Shown piece after piece: positions 1 through 11,397 of a DNA stretch of 64,000 bases. The position numbers and the translations under genes were made by a program. The stretch is from an uncultured Bacteroidales bacterium (GTDB taxonomy: Bacteria > Bacteroidota > Bacteroidia > Bacteroidales > VadinHA17): the NCBI GenBank assembly GCA_963747625.1, contig CAVVGP010000065.1, positions 3,311-67,310 of the forward strand. Reading direction: 5' to 3'. Positions within the stretch are counted from its first letter, which is position 1. Every line of letters begins with the position of its first letter. Below the pieces are notes generated by a model. The model saw nothing but the letters and a program-made list of their open reading frames with translations. It did not search any database and was not told the DNA's origin.

Positions 1-1036
1 CACAGCGACCAATTCATCATCCGGATGTTTTCTGCAAACCAGACATTATACAGCAACAGTTTATTTTTTGCTGCGAGAACTTCCAAAGAACTTCGCAAAC
101 AGGCTTCACAAAACACAGAAAATTCAAAGATTAATACATATGTTGATGTAACAAAAGCTTTTTTCGATGTGTTATTGACAGAAGAGCAGCTTAATGTTCT
201 GAATGAAGATATACTTCGACTGCAGCGTAATTATAAAGATGCTTACAATCTTTATAAGAATGGATTGACAGACAAAATAGATTATCAACGTACTGCAATA
301 TCTCTCAGCAATGCACAGGCACAAAAAAAATCTACAGAAGAAGCTATAAAAGCCAAATATTCTGTATTAAAACAACTTATGGGAGTGGTTCCTGAAAAAC
401 AGTTAACCGTTTCATATGATTCATCCAAATATGAAAATGAAATATTAATTGATACAACAAAGATACTGGATTATAACAATCGTATTGAATATCAGCTATT
501 GCAGACTACATTGAAACTTGCAGAATTCTGAAATCAGCTATTACAGGTGGTCATTTCTTCCGACTTTATCTGCATTTTATAACTATGATCCCTGCATATG
601 CGAATAACCAGTTTTCTGAATTATATAATAATGAACAATCCAACTTCCTTCTTTGGTTTGAAATTCACACTTCCTCTTTTCCAGGGAATGAACAGGCTGG
701 AGAATTTGAGCAAGGCAAAACTGCAATACCAGCGACTCCAACTTGGAATGGACTATCTGAAAAGCGCAGATAAACAGTGAATATACTCAGGCTCTTTCTG
801 CTTATAAAAGCAATCTGAATGAGCTGAGAATTGCAAAAAATAATATCACCATTGCAAAGGATATCTTTAATACTGTGAAATTTCAGTATGATAAAGGAAT
901 TAAAGCATATCTTGAAGTTATAGTTTCTGAAACAGATTTACGCACTGCAGAACTTAATTATTTAAATATACTTTTCCAGGTTCTCACCAGCAAGATGGAT
1001 TTGGAAAAAGCTTTAGGAGATATAAAAGTCAATTGA
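1..1036 (+). pseudogene. TolC-family outer-membrane efflux channel of an RND operon; 5' end lies outside the window and the frame is broken at least 3 times
   Basis: ORFs 25..531 and 598..780 plus an unlisted frame 780..1036 read colinearly as one TolC-like protein (SYYRWSFLPTLSAFYNY, FGLKFTLPLFQG, LRTAELNYLNILFQVLTSKMDLEKALG). Stop is TGA at 1034..1036. Frame switches occur near 520, about 600-660 and about 775. Confidence 0.8.
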
Positions 1037-1090
1037 CAACTATTGAATTCAATGATAATAACTTAAAGCCGACTTTAAATTTGTAATACT

Positions 1091-2232
1091 ATGTATAAAA
1101 TATCTCATATAATAATATATTTTTCATTGCTGGCGGGTTTGTATCCTGTTCGGGAGATGCGGCAAATAAAAAGACGGAAGTGCCTGCAGTACCTGTAACA
1201 GTGACAAATGTCAGTCTGACAAAAGCAGTATTCTACAATTCATATCCTGCAAATATTGTGGCATTAAAAGAGGTGGAATTGCGCGGGCAGGTAAGCGGAT
1301 ATATAACAGGAATATATTTTACTGAAGGTAAAGAGGTTCATACAGGAGAGAAATTATATGAAATTGACCGTCGCAAATATCAGGCAGCTTATGAGGAAGC
1401 TCAGTCAAATGTAAAGATTGCTGAAGATAATCTTGAGAAAGTTCAGCGTGATGCTAACCGATATACTGATCTTGCCAGCCAGGATGCGGTTGCAAAACAG
1501 CTTTATGATAATGCAATGACAGATCTTAAAAATGCCAAACAGCAGGTTGATGTTGCAAATTCAGAACTGATTAAGGCCAAAACAGATTATGAATATTCTT
1601 TAATTAATGCACCATTTGATGGTACGATAGGTTTTTCAAGTGTAAAGCTTGGAGCTCTTGTAACTCCCGGTCAGACACTTCTTAATACAATTTCCTCAGA
1701 TGACCCTATGGGTGTTGATTTTGAAATAAGTGAAACAGAGCTTAGTCGTTTTCAGCAGCTGGAGAATGCAGCTGATTTCAAAAAATGATACAACATTCAG
1801 AATTATTTTGCCTGATAATTCAATATATCCATATACTGGGAAAGATAAGTGTTATTGACAGGGCTGTTGATCCGCAGACAGGTACAATCAGGGTCAGGAT
1901 AACTGTTCCGAACCATGAAAGAATGCTTAAACCAGGAATGAGTTGCAAGGTTCTTGTGCTGAATGCAAATGCTGGTCAGCAGATAATTATTCCATTTAAG
2001 GCAGTACTGGAGCAATTGGGAGAATATTTTGTCTTTGTGGTAAAAGATAAAAATGTTAAACAGGTAAAGGTCTCACTGGGTCCAAGGGTTATTCAAATGT
2101 AATTGTATTGAAAGGGCTCAAAGGTGATGAAACAATAGTGGTTGATGGCATCAGAAGCTCCACGATGGTTCAGAAATCACAATCGTCAGCACCTCAGAGC
2201 GCAAAAGCATAACTAAAAAGGAAAGCAATTAA
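1091..2232 (+). pseudogene. RND efflux periplasmic adaptor (membrane fusion protein, AcrA/HlyD-type lipoprotein), frame broken at least 4 times
   Basis: ATG at 1091 gives MYKISHIIIYFSLLAG, then a shift to FVSCSGDAANKKTEVPAVPV (lipobox-like). ORFs 1180..1788 and 1785..2102 carry adaptor-type sequence. The tail reads GYSNVIVLKGLKGDETIVVDG, then QKLHDGSEITIVS in another frame, with TAA at 2230..2232. Confidence 0.8.
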
Positions 2233-2255
2233 ATTTTAAGATTGAAACTTATTTC

Positions 2256-5200
2256 ATGATAGCCGATACCTTTATAAAACGTCCGATCACAGCTATAGTA
2301 ATTTCAATGGTCTTAGTGATAGTAGGAACATTGGCGATACTCAACCTGCCTGTCAGTCAGTATCCTGATATTACTCCGCCTGTAGTGCAGATATCAAGTC
2401 AGTATACAGGGGCTGATGCTACCACTGTGGAGCAAACTGTAACTACTCCAATAGAAATACAGGTCAATGGAGTTCCCGGAATGAATTATATCCAAAGCAA
2501 CAGCACCAACGATGGTCGTTCAACTATGAATGTCTATTTTGATATAGGCACTAATGTTGATATTGCCACTACTGAAGTACAGAACAGGGTAAATATTGCA
2601 ACCCCTATTTTGCCTGATGAAGTGAAAAGATTGGGAATTACAGTTCGCAAGACGTAATCCGAGCGTACTTATGATGTTGCTATTTATCTCTCCTAAAGGA
2701 ACACATAACATTCAGTTTCTTGATAATTATACCAATATATTTGTCAGGGATGCTCTTTTAAGGGTAAAGGGAGTAGGAGATATTTTCGCAAGGACTGATG
2801 ATTTCAGTATGCGAATCTGGCTTAAGCCTGATAAGATGGCAAGTCTTGGATTGACAGCCACCGATGTTCTTAATGCTGTTCAGGAACAGAATGTTCAGGT
2901 GGCTGCCGGTTCAATTGGAACACCACCTCAGCCTTCCGGCCAGCCTTTCGAATATACTGCAATTGTCAATGGAAGGCTCAGCAGTGTAGAAGATTTCAAG
3001 AATATTATTGTCAGGTCAAATCCTGCTGAAGGTTCAATAGTTTATTTAAAGGATGTTGCCCGTGTTGAGTTAGGTAAATTCAATTATTCAGGTGTTTCAT
3101 TTGTTGACAAGCAGACGTGCTTCATACATGATGATATACCAGACTCCCGGGTAGCAATGCTCTTGATGTTGCCAATGGTGTTTATAAGGCTCTATGGCTC
3201 AGCTCAGCAAATCTTTTCCGAGCGATGTTGCTTATAATGTGCCTTTTGAATCTGTCTCAGTAGTAAAGGTATCTATAAGAGAAGTTGTCAAAACTCTGCT
3301 TGAAGCATTGGCACTGGTGGTATTGGTGGTATTTATTTTCCTGCAGGACTGGCGTTCTACTATTATTCCGGTTCTTGCAATTCCTGTTTCAATAATAGGT
3401 ACTTTCATTTTCTTCATTCCTCTGGGTTTTACCATTAATAAGCTTACGCTTTTCGGCTTTGTTCTTGCAATCGGTATAGTTGTGGATGATGCAATAATAG
3501 TGGTTGAAGCGGTGCAGCGTTATATGGAAGAGCAGCATCTTCCCCAAAAGAAGCTGCCCACAAAGCTATGGCAGATATATCAGGTCCTGTTGTTGCCATT
3601 GCACTTGTTCTTGCTGCTGTTTTTGTTCCTGCCGGATTTTTGCCCGGTATTGTCGGAAGGTTATATCAGCAGTTTGCAATCACAATAGCCATTTCGGTTC
3701 TCATATCTGCATTTGTTGCTCTTTCTCTCACTCCTGCTCTTATGTTCCTTATTTCTGAAGCCCCACCATATAAATCAATCTTCAAAAGGGCTTAACTATC
3801 TCTTCTTTCATTTTAATAAATGGTTCAACAGGAGAACGGAAGGATATACAAACAATGTCCGGAAAGCTATAAAAAATTCCCGTTATATTGTTATTCTGCT
3901 GGTTATGATAATCTTTGGTGCTTATGTTATGCTTATCAAAAAACCCACAGGTTTCATTCCACTGGAAGATGAAGGACGTTTATATATTACATTTGAATTG
4001 CCTGAAGCTTCTTCAACTTCGCGTACTGTGGAAGTGATGAAGAAAATAATGAATATATTTGAGCCAGATTAAGGGTGTTAACCATTATTCTGCAATTGCA
4101 GGTCTTAATGTAGTCACCGGTGCACCAAAAACAAACAGTGGCACTCTCTTCTGCCAGTTAAAACCCTGGGATGAACGCAAAAGCAAATCTGAACAGCTTT
4201 TTGCTTTAATGGCGCAGATGCAGGCAAAATTCGCAGCCATCAAAGAAGCTAATATTCTTGTCATACCTCCTCCTGCTATTCCTGGGCTTGGCGCCACAGG
4301 CGGCTTCACTTTTGAGCTGCAGCAGCGCGAAAGCAATGATGATATTAAAACTTTTGAACGAAATGTTTATGCTTTCATGGCAGCTGCAAACAAACGACCT
4401 GAAATTGCCCGTGCCATAACTTTTTTCAATGCACGTACTCCCAATTATCAGCTCACAGTTGACCGTGATAAATGCAAAAAGATGGGTGTCAGCCTGGCTG
4501 AAGTCTTTAATACTATTCAGACATTTCTTGGCAGCAGCTATATAAATGACTTCACTATTTATAACAGGAATTTCCATGTAATTGCCCAGGCAGATACTCT
4601 TTACAGAAATGATATTGTTGATATGGATAAATATTATGTCCGTAATCAGCAGGGCACTATGCTGCCATTAAGCTCTGTGATGAGCTATAAAGTCAACGAA
4701 AGCGCTTCTATGCTTTCACATTATAATCTTTACCGTACTGGCTGAATTTGTAGGTGATGCAAAAGCCGGATACAGCACAGGGCAGGCTCTCAAAGCATTG
4801 CAGGAAACTGCCCAGCAGGTCCTGCCAAAAGGATATGGATATGAGTTTTCAGGCCTGAGCCGTGAAGAGCTGAAAGCAGGTAATACTTCTACTTATATTT
4901 TCATCCTGTCAATACTCTTCGTCTTTCTGTTCCTTTCTGCATTATATGAAAGCTGGACAGTTCCTTTCACAATTCTTCTCGGAGTTCCTCTCGCTGCTTT
5001 CGGAGCTATACTGGCACTGACATTTACCAAGACTCTGACAGATAATGTTTATGCACAGATTGGTCTTATCACTCTGATAGGTCTTGCTGCTAAAAACTCT
5101 ATTCTTATCGTTGAATTTGCCAAAGAGCGTGTTGACCGCGGAATGGAAATTGTCGAAGCAACTATTGAGGCTGTTCGTTTGCGACTGCGTCCTATACTGA

Positions 5201-5445
5201 TGACATCCTTTGCTTTCATTTTTGGAGTTTCTCCTTTGGTGTTTGCAACTGGTGCAGGCGCTATTGCACGTCAGACAATAGGATGGTCTGTCCTTGGTGG
5301 AATGCTTGCTGCCACTGCATTGGGTGTTTTCATAATCCCGGTTTTGTTTATCCTGATAATCCGTCTCAGTTATGGTAAGAAAAAACTTGCCGAACTTCAG
5401 GCAAAGCATAGTTTATCTGCCGATTCTACTGATATGAAGGATTAA
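2256..5445 (+). pseudogene. RND (HAE1/AcrB-type) inner-membrane efflux pump, heavily frameshifted
   Basis: ORF pieces 2256..2657, 2671..3237, 3194..3688, 3568..3795, 3713..4072, 4059..4745 and 4798..5445 are colinear with a roughly 1060-aa AcrB-like pump. Three frame switches fall within 3110..3195 alone (RRASYMMIYQTPG / SNALDVANGVYKAL / MAQLSKSFPSDVAYNVPFES). I saw no substitution-type stop in the corrected reading. Confidence 0.85.
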
Positions 5446-5730
5446 CGATTGATATTTCAGCCATCTAATCTTCTTTGCCTTCGACAGAGAATTAAAAAGG
5501 GCAGAAAATAATTGACTTCAATGTGCAAATTAAAATAAAGATGATTTTTTTAAAACTGGTCAAATTGTTGTGATTTACATTCATACTTAATATCAATCAC
5601 TTTGGTTGAATAAATAAATATTTTAGAATAAAATAATTAAAGATTTTCAACTTTACTGCAAATCTTAAAATTTGTTAAAAATATTTACTATTTTTGAACC
5701 TAAGATTCTTTGCCAAAACAACGCTTTGCC

Positions 5731-6437
5731 ATGAATTGCATTATAGTTGACGACTATTTATTAACCTGCAAAATTCTGGAAGGTTATGTGAGTAAATCCA
5801 CATCTCTTAACCTGGCAGGTACATTCAGTGATTCTGTAGCCGCTAGGGATGTTCTTACAAAAAGACAGGATATAGATCTTGTTATTCTCGATATTCAAAT
5901 GCCCGAGATGAATGGTTTCGATTTTATCAGAAGTCTCGACTTTCCACCTAATATAATAATAGTATCATCAGCCGAAGAATTTGCTTTGAAAGCGTTTGAC
6001 TTTAACGTTGTCGATTACCTTCTTAAACCGGTTACATACGGACGTTTCTGTAAAGCCATCGATAAAACAATAAGGTACTTTACGCGTAAAGAGGTCGCCA
6101 ACAGCGGCGATGAGGAAATATTCATCAAAAAGGGATCATCTCTTGTAAAACTGAAACTCACTGAGATAATTTATATTGAAGCTCTTGAAAATTATGTTAC
6201 CCTAAATACCAGTGACGATAAATTTACAATTCATTTTACAATGAAAGCAATTGAAAACCAATTGCCTTCAGGAGTATTTATCAGGGTACACAGGTCATTC
6301 ATAATTAACAAGAGCATGATCCAGACCATTAAGGAGAACACTCTCGATCTTATAGTCGGAGCTCCGTTAAAAGCATACCGGTCGGGAAATCATTCAGAGA
6401 CTCTCTTCTGAATGATATTAATGTGATGGCCAGATAA
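5731..6437 (+). pseudogene. LytTR-family two-component response regulator (REC + LytTR DNA-binding domain), single frameshift near the 3' end
   Basis: MNCIIVDD...DLVILDIQMPEMNGFDF...VDYLLKP is a receiver domain. IYIEALENYVTLNT...FIRVHRSFIINKSMI is LytTR-type. After about 6370 the listed frame ends in YRSGNHSETLF, but the adjacent frame gives the family-typical SIPVGKSFRDSLLNDINVMAR, with stop at 6435..6437. Confidence 0.8.
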
Positions 6438-6452
6438 TCACAAAAACTTTCT

Positions 6453-7658
6453 ATGCTCTCCAATCGTCAACTGTTCCTGTTGCACCTGGGACAAACTTCG
6501 GTGACTCCAATGATGCTTGAAATTGAAAGGGCTGAAGGCATTTACATGTATGGCCCCGGCAACAAAAAATACATTGATCTTATATCCGGCGTTTCTGTCA
6601 GCAATACAGGTCATGGCCACCCCAAAGTAATCGAGGCAGTCAAAAAACAGGTGGACCTTTACATGCACCTGATGGTTTATGGTGAGATTATTCAGTCTCC
6701 ACAGGTAAAGTATGCTGAAAGACTGACAGGAATCCTTCCTCATTCTCTGAATTCCTGCTATTTTGTTAATTCAGGAAGTGAAGCTGTAGAGGGCGGCCTC
6801 AAACTTGCTAAAAGATTCACAGGAAGAAGCCGTATAATATCGTTCAGAAATTCCTATCATGGCAGCACTCACGGAGCACTTAGTATACAGGGAAGCGAGA
6901 TTTACAGGAATGCATTCAGGCCTCTCCTGCCAGACACTTTCCAGATAAGTTTCAATGATGAAAAATCACTGGATCTGATTGATAAGAACACTGCCTGTGT
7001 AATTATAGAACCCGTACAGGGAGAGGCTGGCATAATTTATCCTGAAAACAATTTCCTTCGGAAACTTAGAGAGAAATGTAATTCAACCGGTGCATTGTTG
7101 ATTTTTGATGAGATTCAGACCGGCTTCGGAAGGCTGGGCCATATGTTTGCTATCGACAGGTTCGGGATAGTTCCTGATATTCTTCTTCTTGCAAAAGCTC
7201 TCGGAGGAGGAATGCCTCTTGGTGCATTCATAGCTTCAGCAGAAATTATGTCATCGCTCGTGACAAATCCTTCACTTGGTCATATTACTACTTTTGGCGG
7301 ACACCCTGTTTGCTGTGCTGCAGGTCTGGCCTCCCTGAATGTGATAATAGAAGAAAAACTAGCCGAGAGCTGCTATGCCAAAGCGGCTCTTTTTAGAAAA
7401 CACCTTGATCACCCTTTAATTGAAGGGGTGAGAGGAGAGGGGCTTTTAATGGCAGTTCAGCTTACTGACCCCTCATATATTCAATATATTATTGCCCATG
7501 CTCCGGATCACGGACTGGTTCTTGATTATTTTCTGTTCTGCAATAATGCCTTCAGAATAGCACCACCGTTAATAATCAATGAAAATGAGATAATAACGGC
7601 ATGTAATAAATTGAGAGAACTACTTGATGATGCGGGTAATAAAATTATTAAGAAATGA
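6453..7658 (+). CDS. Class-III PLP-dependent aminotransferase (acetylornithine/GABA aminotransferase family)
   Basis: Intact 401-aa ORF with family motifs: SGSEAVEGGLKLAKR, IIEPVQGEAGI, LIFDEIQTGFGRLG, KALGGGMPLGA. Confidence 0.85.
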   Translation: MLSNRQLFLLHLGQTSVTPMMLEIERAEGIYMYGPGNKKYIDLISGVSVSNTGHGHPKVIEAVKKQVDLYMHLMVYGEIIQSPQVKYAERLTGILPHSLNSCYFVNSGSEAVEGGLKLAKRFTGRSRIISFRNSYHGSTHGALSIQGSEIYRNAFRPLLPDTFQISFNDEKSLDLIDKNTACVIIEPVQGEAGIIYPENNFLRKLREKCNSTGALLIFDEIQTGFGRLGHMFAIDRFGIVPDILLLAKALGGGMPLGAFIASAEIMSSLVTNPSLGHITTFGGHPVCCAAGLASLNVIIEEKLAESCYAKAALFRKHLDHPLIEGVRGEGLLMAVQLTDPSYIQYIIAHAPDHGLVLDYFLFCNNAFRIAPPLIINENEIITACNKLRELLDDAGNKIIKK

Positions 7659-8482
7659 AACCATTAATTCTGTCACTGATATTATTTATTTTAGTGTCAA
7701 ATGGTCCGGCCAAAGGACAGGACTCTTCTGCAGGTATTTCCCAGGTGCTGGAAGAACTTTTTGACAGGCTTGTCGGTAATTATAATGATACAGACAGGAT
7801 AAAAATCAACGATTCAATAAGGATTGTCCTCGATGGTTATGTCAGGTCCGATACAGTCTTTACTCACAGGTTTACTAACCTCAGGTACCTGGGCCAGATA
7901 ATCTCACCTGATTCACTCCTAAAAATTATTACCTGGAACCTGGTGTTGGAAAATGAACCTGGCCGGTACTATTGTTATTTCATAAGAAGGGATAATTCTG
8001 ACAAAAAGAAAATAATATACAAATTGTCAGCAAAATATAATGATGTCCCCGTAAAATCTGATACTGCATACTTTAAATCAGACTGGTACGGTGCCTTATA
8101 TTATGATTTAAGACCATATGTAATTGAAAATAAGAGGTGCTGGGTGCTTCTTGGGATTGATTATGGCAATCCCTTTATAAGCAGGAAATTAATTGAAGTT
8201 TTGAATTTCACCCCTGAAGATTCGATTGTTTTTGGAAGGAAGTGGTTTGTATCAGGAGCTGATACAACATACAGGGCAGTTTTTGAATACGCATCGAACG
8301 CCATGATGTCTTTAAGATTCAGGTCTGACAGTTCAATCATTTTTGACCACCTGGTTCCATTTTCGCCTTCACATAAGGACGATCGGCAATTTTATGGCCC
8401 TGATTATTCAACTGATGCATACAGTTTTAAATATCCATTCTGGAAACTGGCGATTAATGTAGAGGCACGAAATCAGGAGTAA
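7655..8482 (+). CDS. Hypothetical exported protein; start overlaps the aminotransferase stop (ATGA)
   Basis: Intact 275-aa ORF with an N-terminal hydrophobic signal-like segment (MKPLILSLILFILVSNGPAKG). I recognise no motif. Confidence 0.55.
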   Translation: MKPLILSLILFILVSNGPAKGQDSSAGISQVLEELFDRLVGNYNDTDRIKINDSIRIVLDGYVRSDTVFTHRFTNLRYLGQIISPDSLLKIITWNLVLENEPGRYYCYFIRRDNSDKKKIIYKLSAKYNDVPVKSDTAYFKSDWYGALYYDLRPYVIENKRCWVLLGIDYGNPFISRKLIEVLNFTPEDSIVFGRKWFVSGADTTYRAVFEYASNAMMSLRFRSDSSIIFDHLVPFSPSHKDDRQFYGPDYSTDAYSFKYPFWKLAINVEARNQE

Positions 8483-8621
8483 AGCAGTGATTGCATGCCA
8501 TATAAAGTGATGTCAGAGTTGAAGAATTCGAATTTTTCTATACAGCTAATACTGCTTTGGCAACATTTTCCCTGCTTTTCCGCAATAACTGCTCCAAACT
8601 TTTAATACCTTCACGACCGTT

Positions 8622-9140
8622 ATGCCAAGGAATATAAAAACCCATCTTTACTGTTATGATGACCACAGGGGATTCTCTGAGGATGTCAGAAAGAGGTTTA
8701 CTGACCTTTCACGATACGGTGTGCTCTCTTTTCAGACTCGGGAAGATTTCATTGATCATCTTGAAGCTGAGAAAGAGAATAATTTCTGCAAGGTTGCTAT
8801 CCTTGGACTTCACGATACCATGGAACAGTTCGAAATGGTCGACCAGCTTACAATGGAAGTAAAAAGGATCGATCCACGGACAGGGCTCATTCTGCTTGGG
8901 CCGCCTGATAAAATGGAATTGATTAAGAAATCACTGAAGTTCAATATTGATGCCTATATTCCCAAAAATGCCAACTCAATACTAAGGATTCATAATACCG
9001 TTAAAAAACTGATAAGTGAACACAGCATAGGGATATTCAGGAAAAAAAGAAATATCTCATTATATATTCTTCTGGGATTTTTGATTCTCTCCCTGTTATT
9101 TGTCCTGTTTGCCTTTTTCAGGCTTCCTCAATATTTCTGA
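8622..9140 (+). CDS. Receiver-like (REC-fold) protein with a C-terminal transmembrane anchor and no output domain
   Basis: LYCYDDHRGF...KVAILGLHDT...GLILLGPPDK...DAYIPK follows the spacing of CheY-like DD / D / T / K positions. The C-terminus LYILLGFLILSLLFVLFAFF is strongly hydrophobic. Confidence 0.5.
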   Translation: MPRNIKTHLYCYDDHRGFSEDVRKRFTDLSRYGVLSFQTREDFIDHLEAEKENNFCKVAILGLHDTMEQFEMVDQLTMEVKRIDPRTGLILLGPPDKMELIKKSLKFNIDAYIPKNANSILRIHNTVKKLISEHSIGIFRKKRNISLYILLGFLILSLLFVLFAFFRLPQYF

Positions 9141-9292
9141 TCAAAAAACTTCTTTTTCCAAACTACCAGAACCAGGAAAGGCAGGTCTGATTAAATAAAG
9201 ACCAATGTGACTATTTGTCAGTAAAACGCTAACGGCATAACTTTTGAAAGTGATGGGCAGATTATTCATGTTTAACATTAAAAATATCTGAA

Positions 9293-11338
9293 ATGGAAAC
9301 CGGAAAGATTGGAGTTACTACTGAGAACATTTTCCCGATAATAAAAAAATTCCTTTATTCTGATCATGAGATATTTCTGCGTGAGCTCATTTCAAATGCA
9401 GTTGACGCTACGCAGAAATTAAAGACCATGGCCGCTGTTGGTGATTATAAAGGAACTTTAGGCGATATGACAATCCGGGTATCGGTTGATAAGAAGAAAA
9501 AAACAATTAAGGTCTCTGATAGCGGTATAGGAATGACAAAGGAAGAACTGGACAAGTATCTAAACCAGATTGCTTTTTCCAGTGCAAATGATTTCCTCGA
9601 TAAATATAAGGACCAGTCTGGTGCGATAATTGGCCATTTTGGTCTTGGATTTTATTCATCTTTCATGGTATCCGATAAGGTTGAAGTGATAACCAAATCT
9701 TATCTGGATAATGCACAGGCAGTTAAATGGAGTTGCGACGGCAGTCCTGAATTCTCAATTGATGAGGTTGAAAAAGAGAATATTGGCACCGATGTCATTT
9801 TATATATTGATAAAGAGTCAAAAGATTTTCTTGAAGAAAGTAAAGTTGAACAGTTACTGAAAAAATATTGCAAATTTCTTCCTGTTGAGATAGCATTCGG
9901 AAAGGAAACGGAATGGAAAGACGGAAAATATGTTGAAACAGGGAAGGACAAAATAATTAATAACACTAAACCCGCTTGGACATTAAAACCGGCGGACCTG
10001 AAAGATGAGGATTACCAAAAGTTCTACAGGGAGCTTTACCCTGCAGGGGATGATCCGTTATTTTATATTCACCTGAATGTTGATTACCCTTTCAAACTGA
10101 CCGGTATTCTTTATTTTCCAAAGATCAAAAGTAATATTGAAATACAAAAAAATAAGATTCAGTTGTATTGCAATCAGGTGTTTGTGACAGATTCTATAGA
10201 AGGCATAGTACCAGAGTTCCTTACTCTGCTGCACGGAGTTATTGATTCTCCCGATATACCCCTCAATGTATCCAGGAGCTATCTTCAGAGCGATTCGAAT
10301 GTGAAGAAGATATCGAGCCATATAACTAAAAAAGTTGCCGACAGGCTGAATGATATATTTAAGAATAACCGTGAAGAATTTGAGAAGAAATGGGACAATC
10401 TTAAACTGTTTATCGAATACGGGATGATAACCGAAGAGAAGTTCTATGAAAAAGCTTCAAAGTTCGCTCTTCTGAAGAATACTGAAGATAAGTATTTTAC
10501 TTTTGAAGAATATGAGAAAATAACAAAAGAAAATCAGACAGATAAAAATAAAACGCTTATCTATTTGTATTCCACAAATAAGACAGATCAGTACACATAT
10601 ATTGATAAAGCAAAAAGCAAAGGATATGATGTTTTGCTTCTCGACGGTCAGCTCGACGTCCATCTTATCAATCATCTTGAAACCAAACTGAAGGATACCA
10701 GATTTGTCAGAGTTGATTCTGACGTCATCGATAAACTTATTCAGAAAGAAGAGACACGTGAGTCAAAATTATCTGAAGAGCAAAAGGAAGATCTTAAGAG
10801 TGTTTTCAATGTCAGAGTTAAATCGAAGGAGGTATACAATGTTGTGTTTGAGACTCTTGATGAAAATGAGGCTCCTGTAATAATTACCCAGTCGGAATTT
10901 ATGCGACGGATGAAGGATATGTCGGCAATGGGAGGAGGGATGAACTTCTATGGTGAATTGCCTGATAGTTATAACCTTGTTATAAACCCGAATCATCAGA
11001 TTGTTAATAAGATTTCAGAAGACCTACAGGCACAGGAAGGCATCAGGCTGATTGAGAACAATAATGAGAGGAAGAGGATCAGGGAAGAAATCGACTTCAT
11101 GGAGAAAGAGCAAAAGAATAAGAAAGCCGATGAAATCCCGCAGGTGGAAAAAGATGATCTCGAAAAACTGCGTAAGGAACTTTCTGATATTGAAAATACA
11201 AGGAAAGATATCCTGGAATCATATGGTGCTGGCAATAAGATAGTTAAGCAGCTTATAGATCTGGCTCTGCTGGCAAATAATATGCTCAGGGGTGAAGAGT
11301 TGAGTACGTTTGTAAAGAGAAGTGTGGATCTTCTTTAG
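9293..11338 (+). CDS. htpG: Molecular chaperone HtpG (Hsp90 family)
   Basis: Intact 681-aa ORF. The N-terminal GHKL ATPase motifs FLRELISNAVDA, DSGIGMT and GHFGLGFYS are typical of HtpG. Confidence 0.95.
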   Translation: METGKIGVTTENIFPIIKKFLYSDHEIFLRELISNAVDATQKLKTMAAVGDYKGTLGDMTIRVSVDKKKKTIKVSDSGIGMTKEELDKYLNQIAFSSANDFLDKYKDQSGAIIGHFGLGFYSSFMVSDKVEVITKSYLDNAQAVKWSCDGSPEFSIDEVEKENIGTDVILYIDKESKDFLEESKVEQLLKKYCKFLPVEIAFGKETEWKDGKYVETGKDKIINNTKPAWTLKPADLKDEDYQKFYRELYPAGDDPLFYIHLNVDYPFKLTGILYFPKIKSNIEIQKNKIQLYCNQVFVTDSIEGIVPEFLTLLHGVIDSPDIPLNVSRSYLQSDSNVKKISSHITKKVADRLNDIFKNNREEFEKKWDNLKLFIEYGMITEEKFYEKASKFALLKNTEDKYFTFEEYEKITKENQTDKNKTLIYLYSTNKTDQYTYIDKAKSKGYDVLLLDGQLDVHLINHLETKLKDTRFVRVDSDVIDKLIQKEETRESKLSEEQKEDLKSVFNVRVKSKEVYNVVFETLDENEAPVIITQSEFMRRMKDMSAMGGGMNFYGELPDSYNLVINPNHQIVNKISEDLQAQEGIRLIENNNERKRIREEIDFMEKEQKNKKADEIPQVEKDDLEKLRKELSDIENTRKDILESYGAGNKIVKQLIDLALLANNMLRGEELSTFVKRSVDLL

Positions 11339-11354
11339 GTACTAATGCCCTTGT

Positions 11355-11397
11355 CCCGCTAAAGCGGGTCTTCCCCCTGAATGGGGACTATTTTTTT
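11355..11397 (+). terminator. Probable intrinsic terminator of htpG: two short GC hairpins followed by a T-run
   Basis: CCCGC(11355-59)/GCGGG(11364-68) and TCCCC(11372-76)/GGGGA(11383-87) are followed by T7 at 11391-97, 17 nt after the htpG stop. Confidence 0.6.

Noticed and set aside
3504-3758. A Cys-rich ORF (CCCHCTCSCCCFCSC...) resembling a metallothionein-like or RiPP-like peptide
   Set aside because: It is an off-frame reading of a GC/T-rich transmembrane segment of the AcrB-like gene, and the in-frame reading gives conserved RND sequence.
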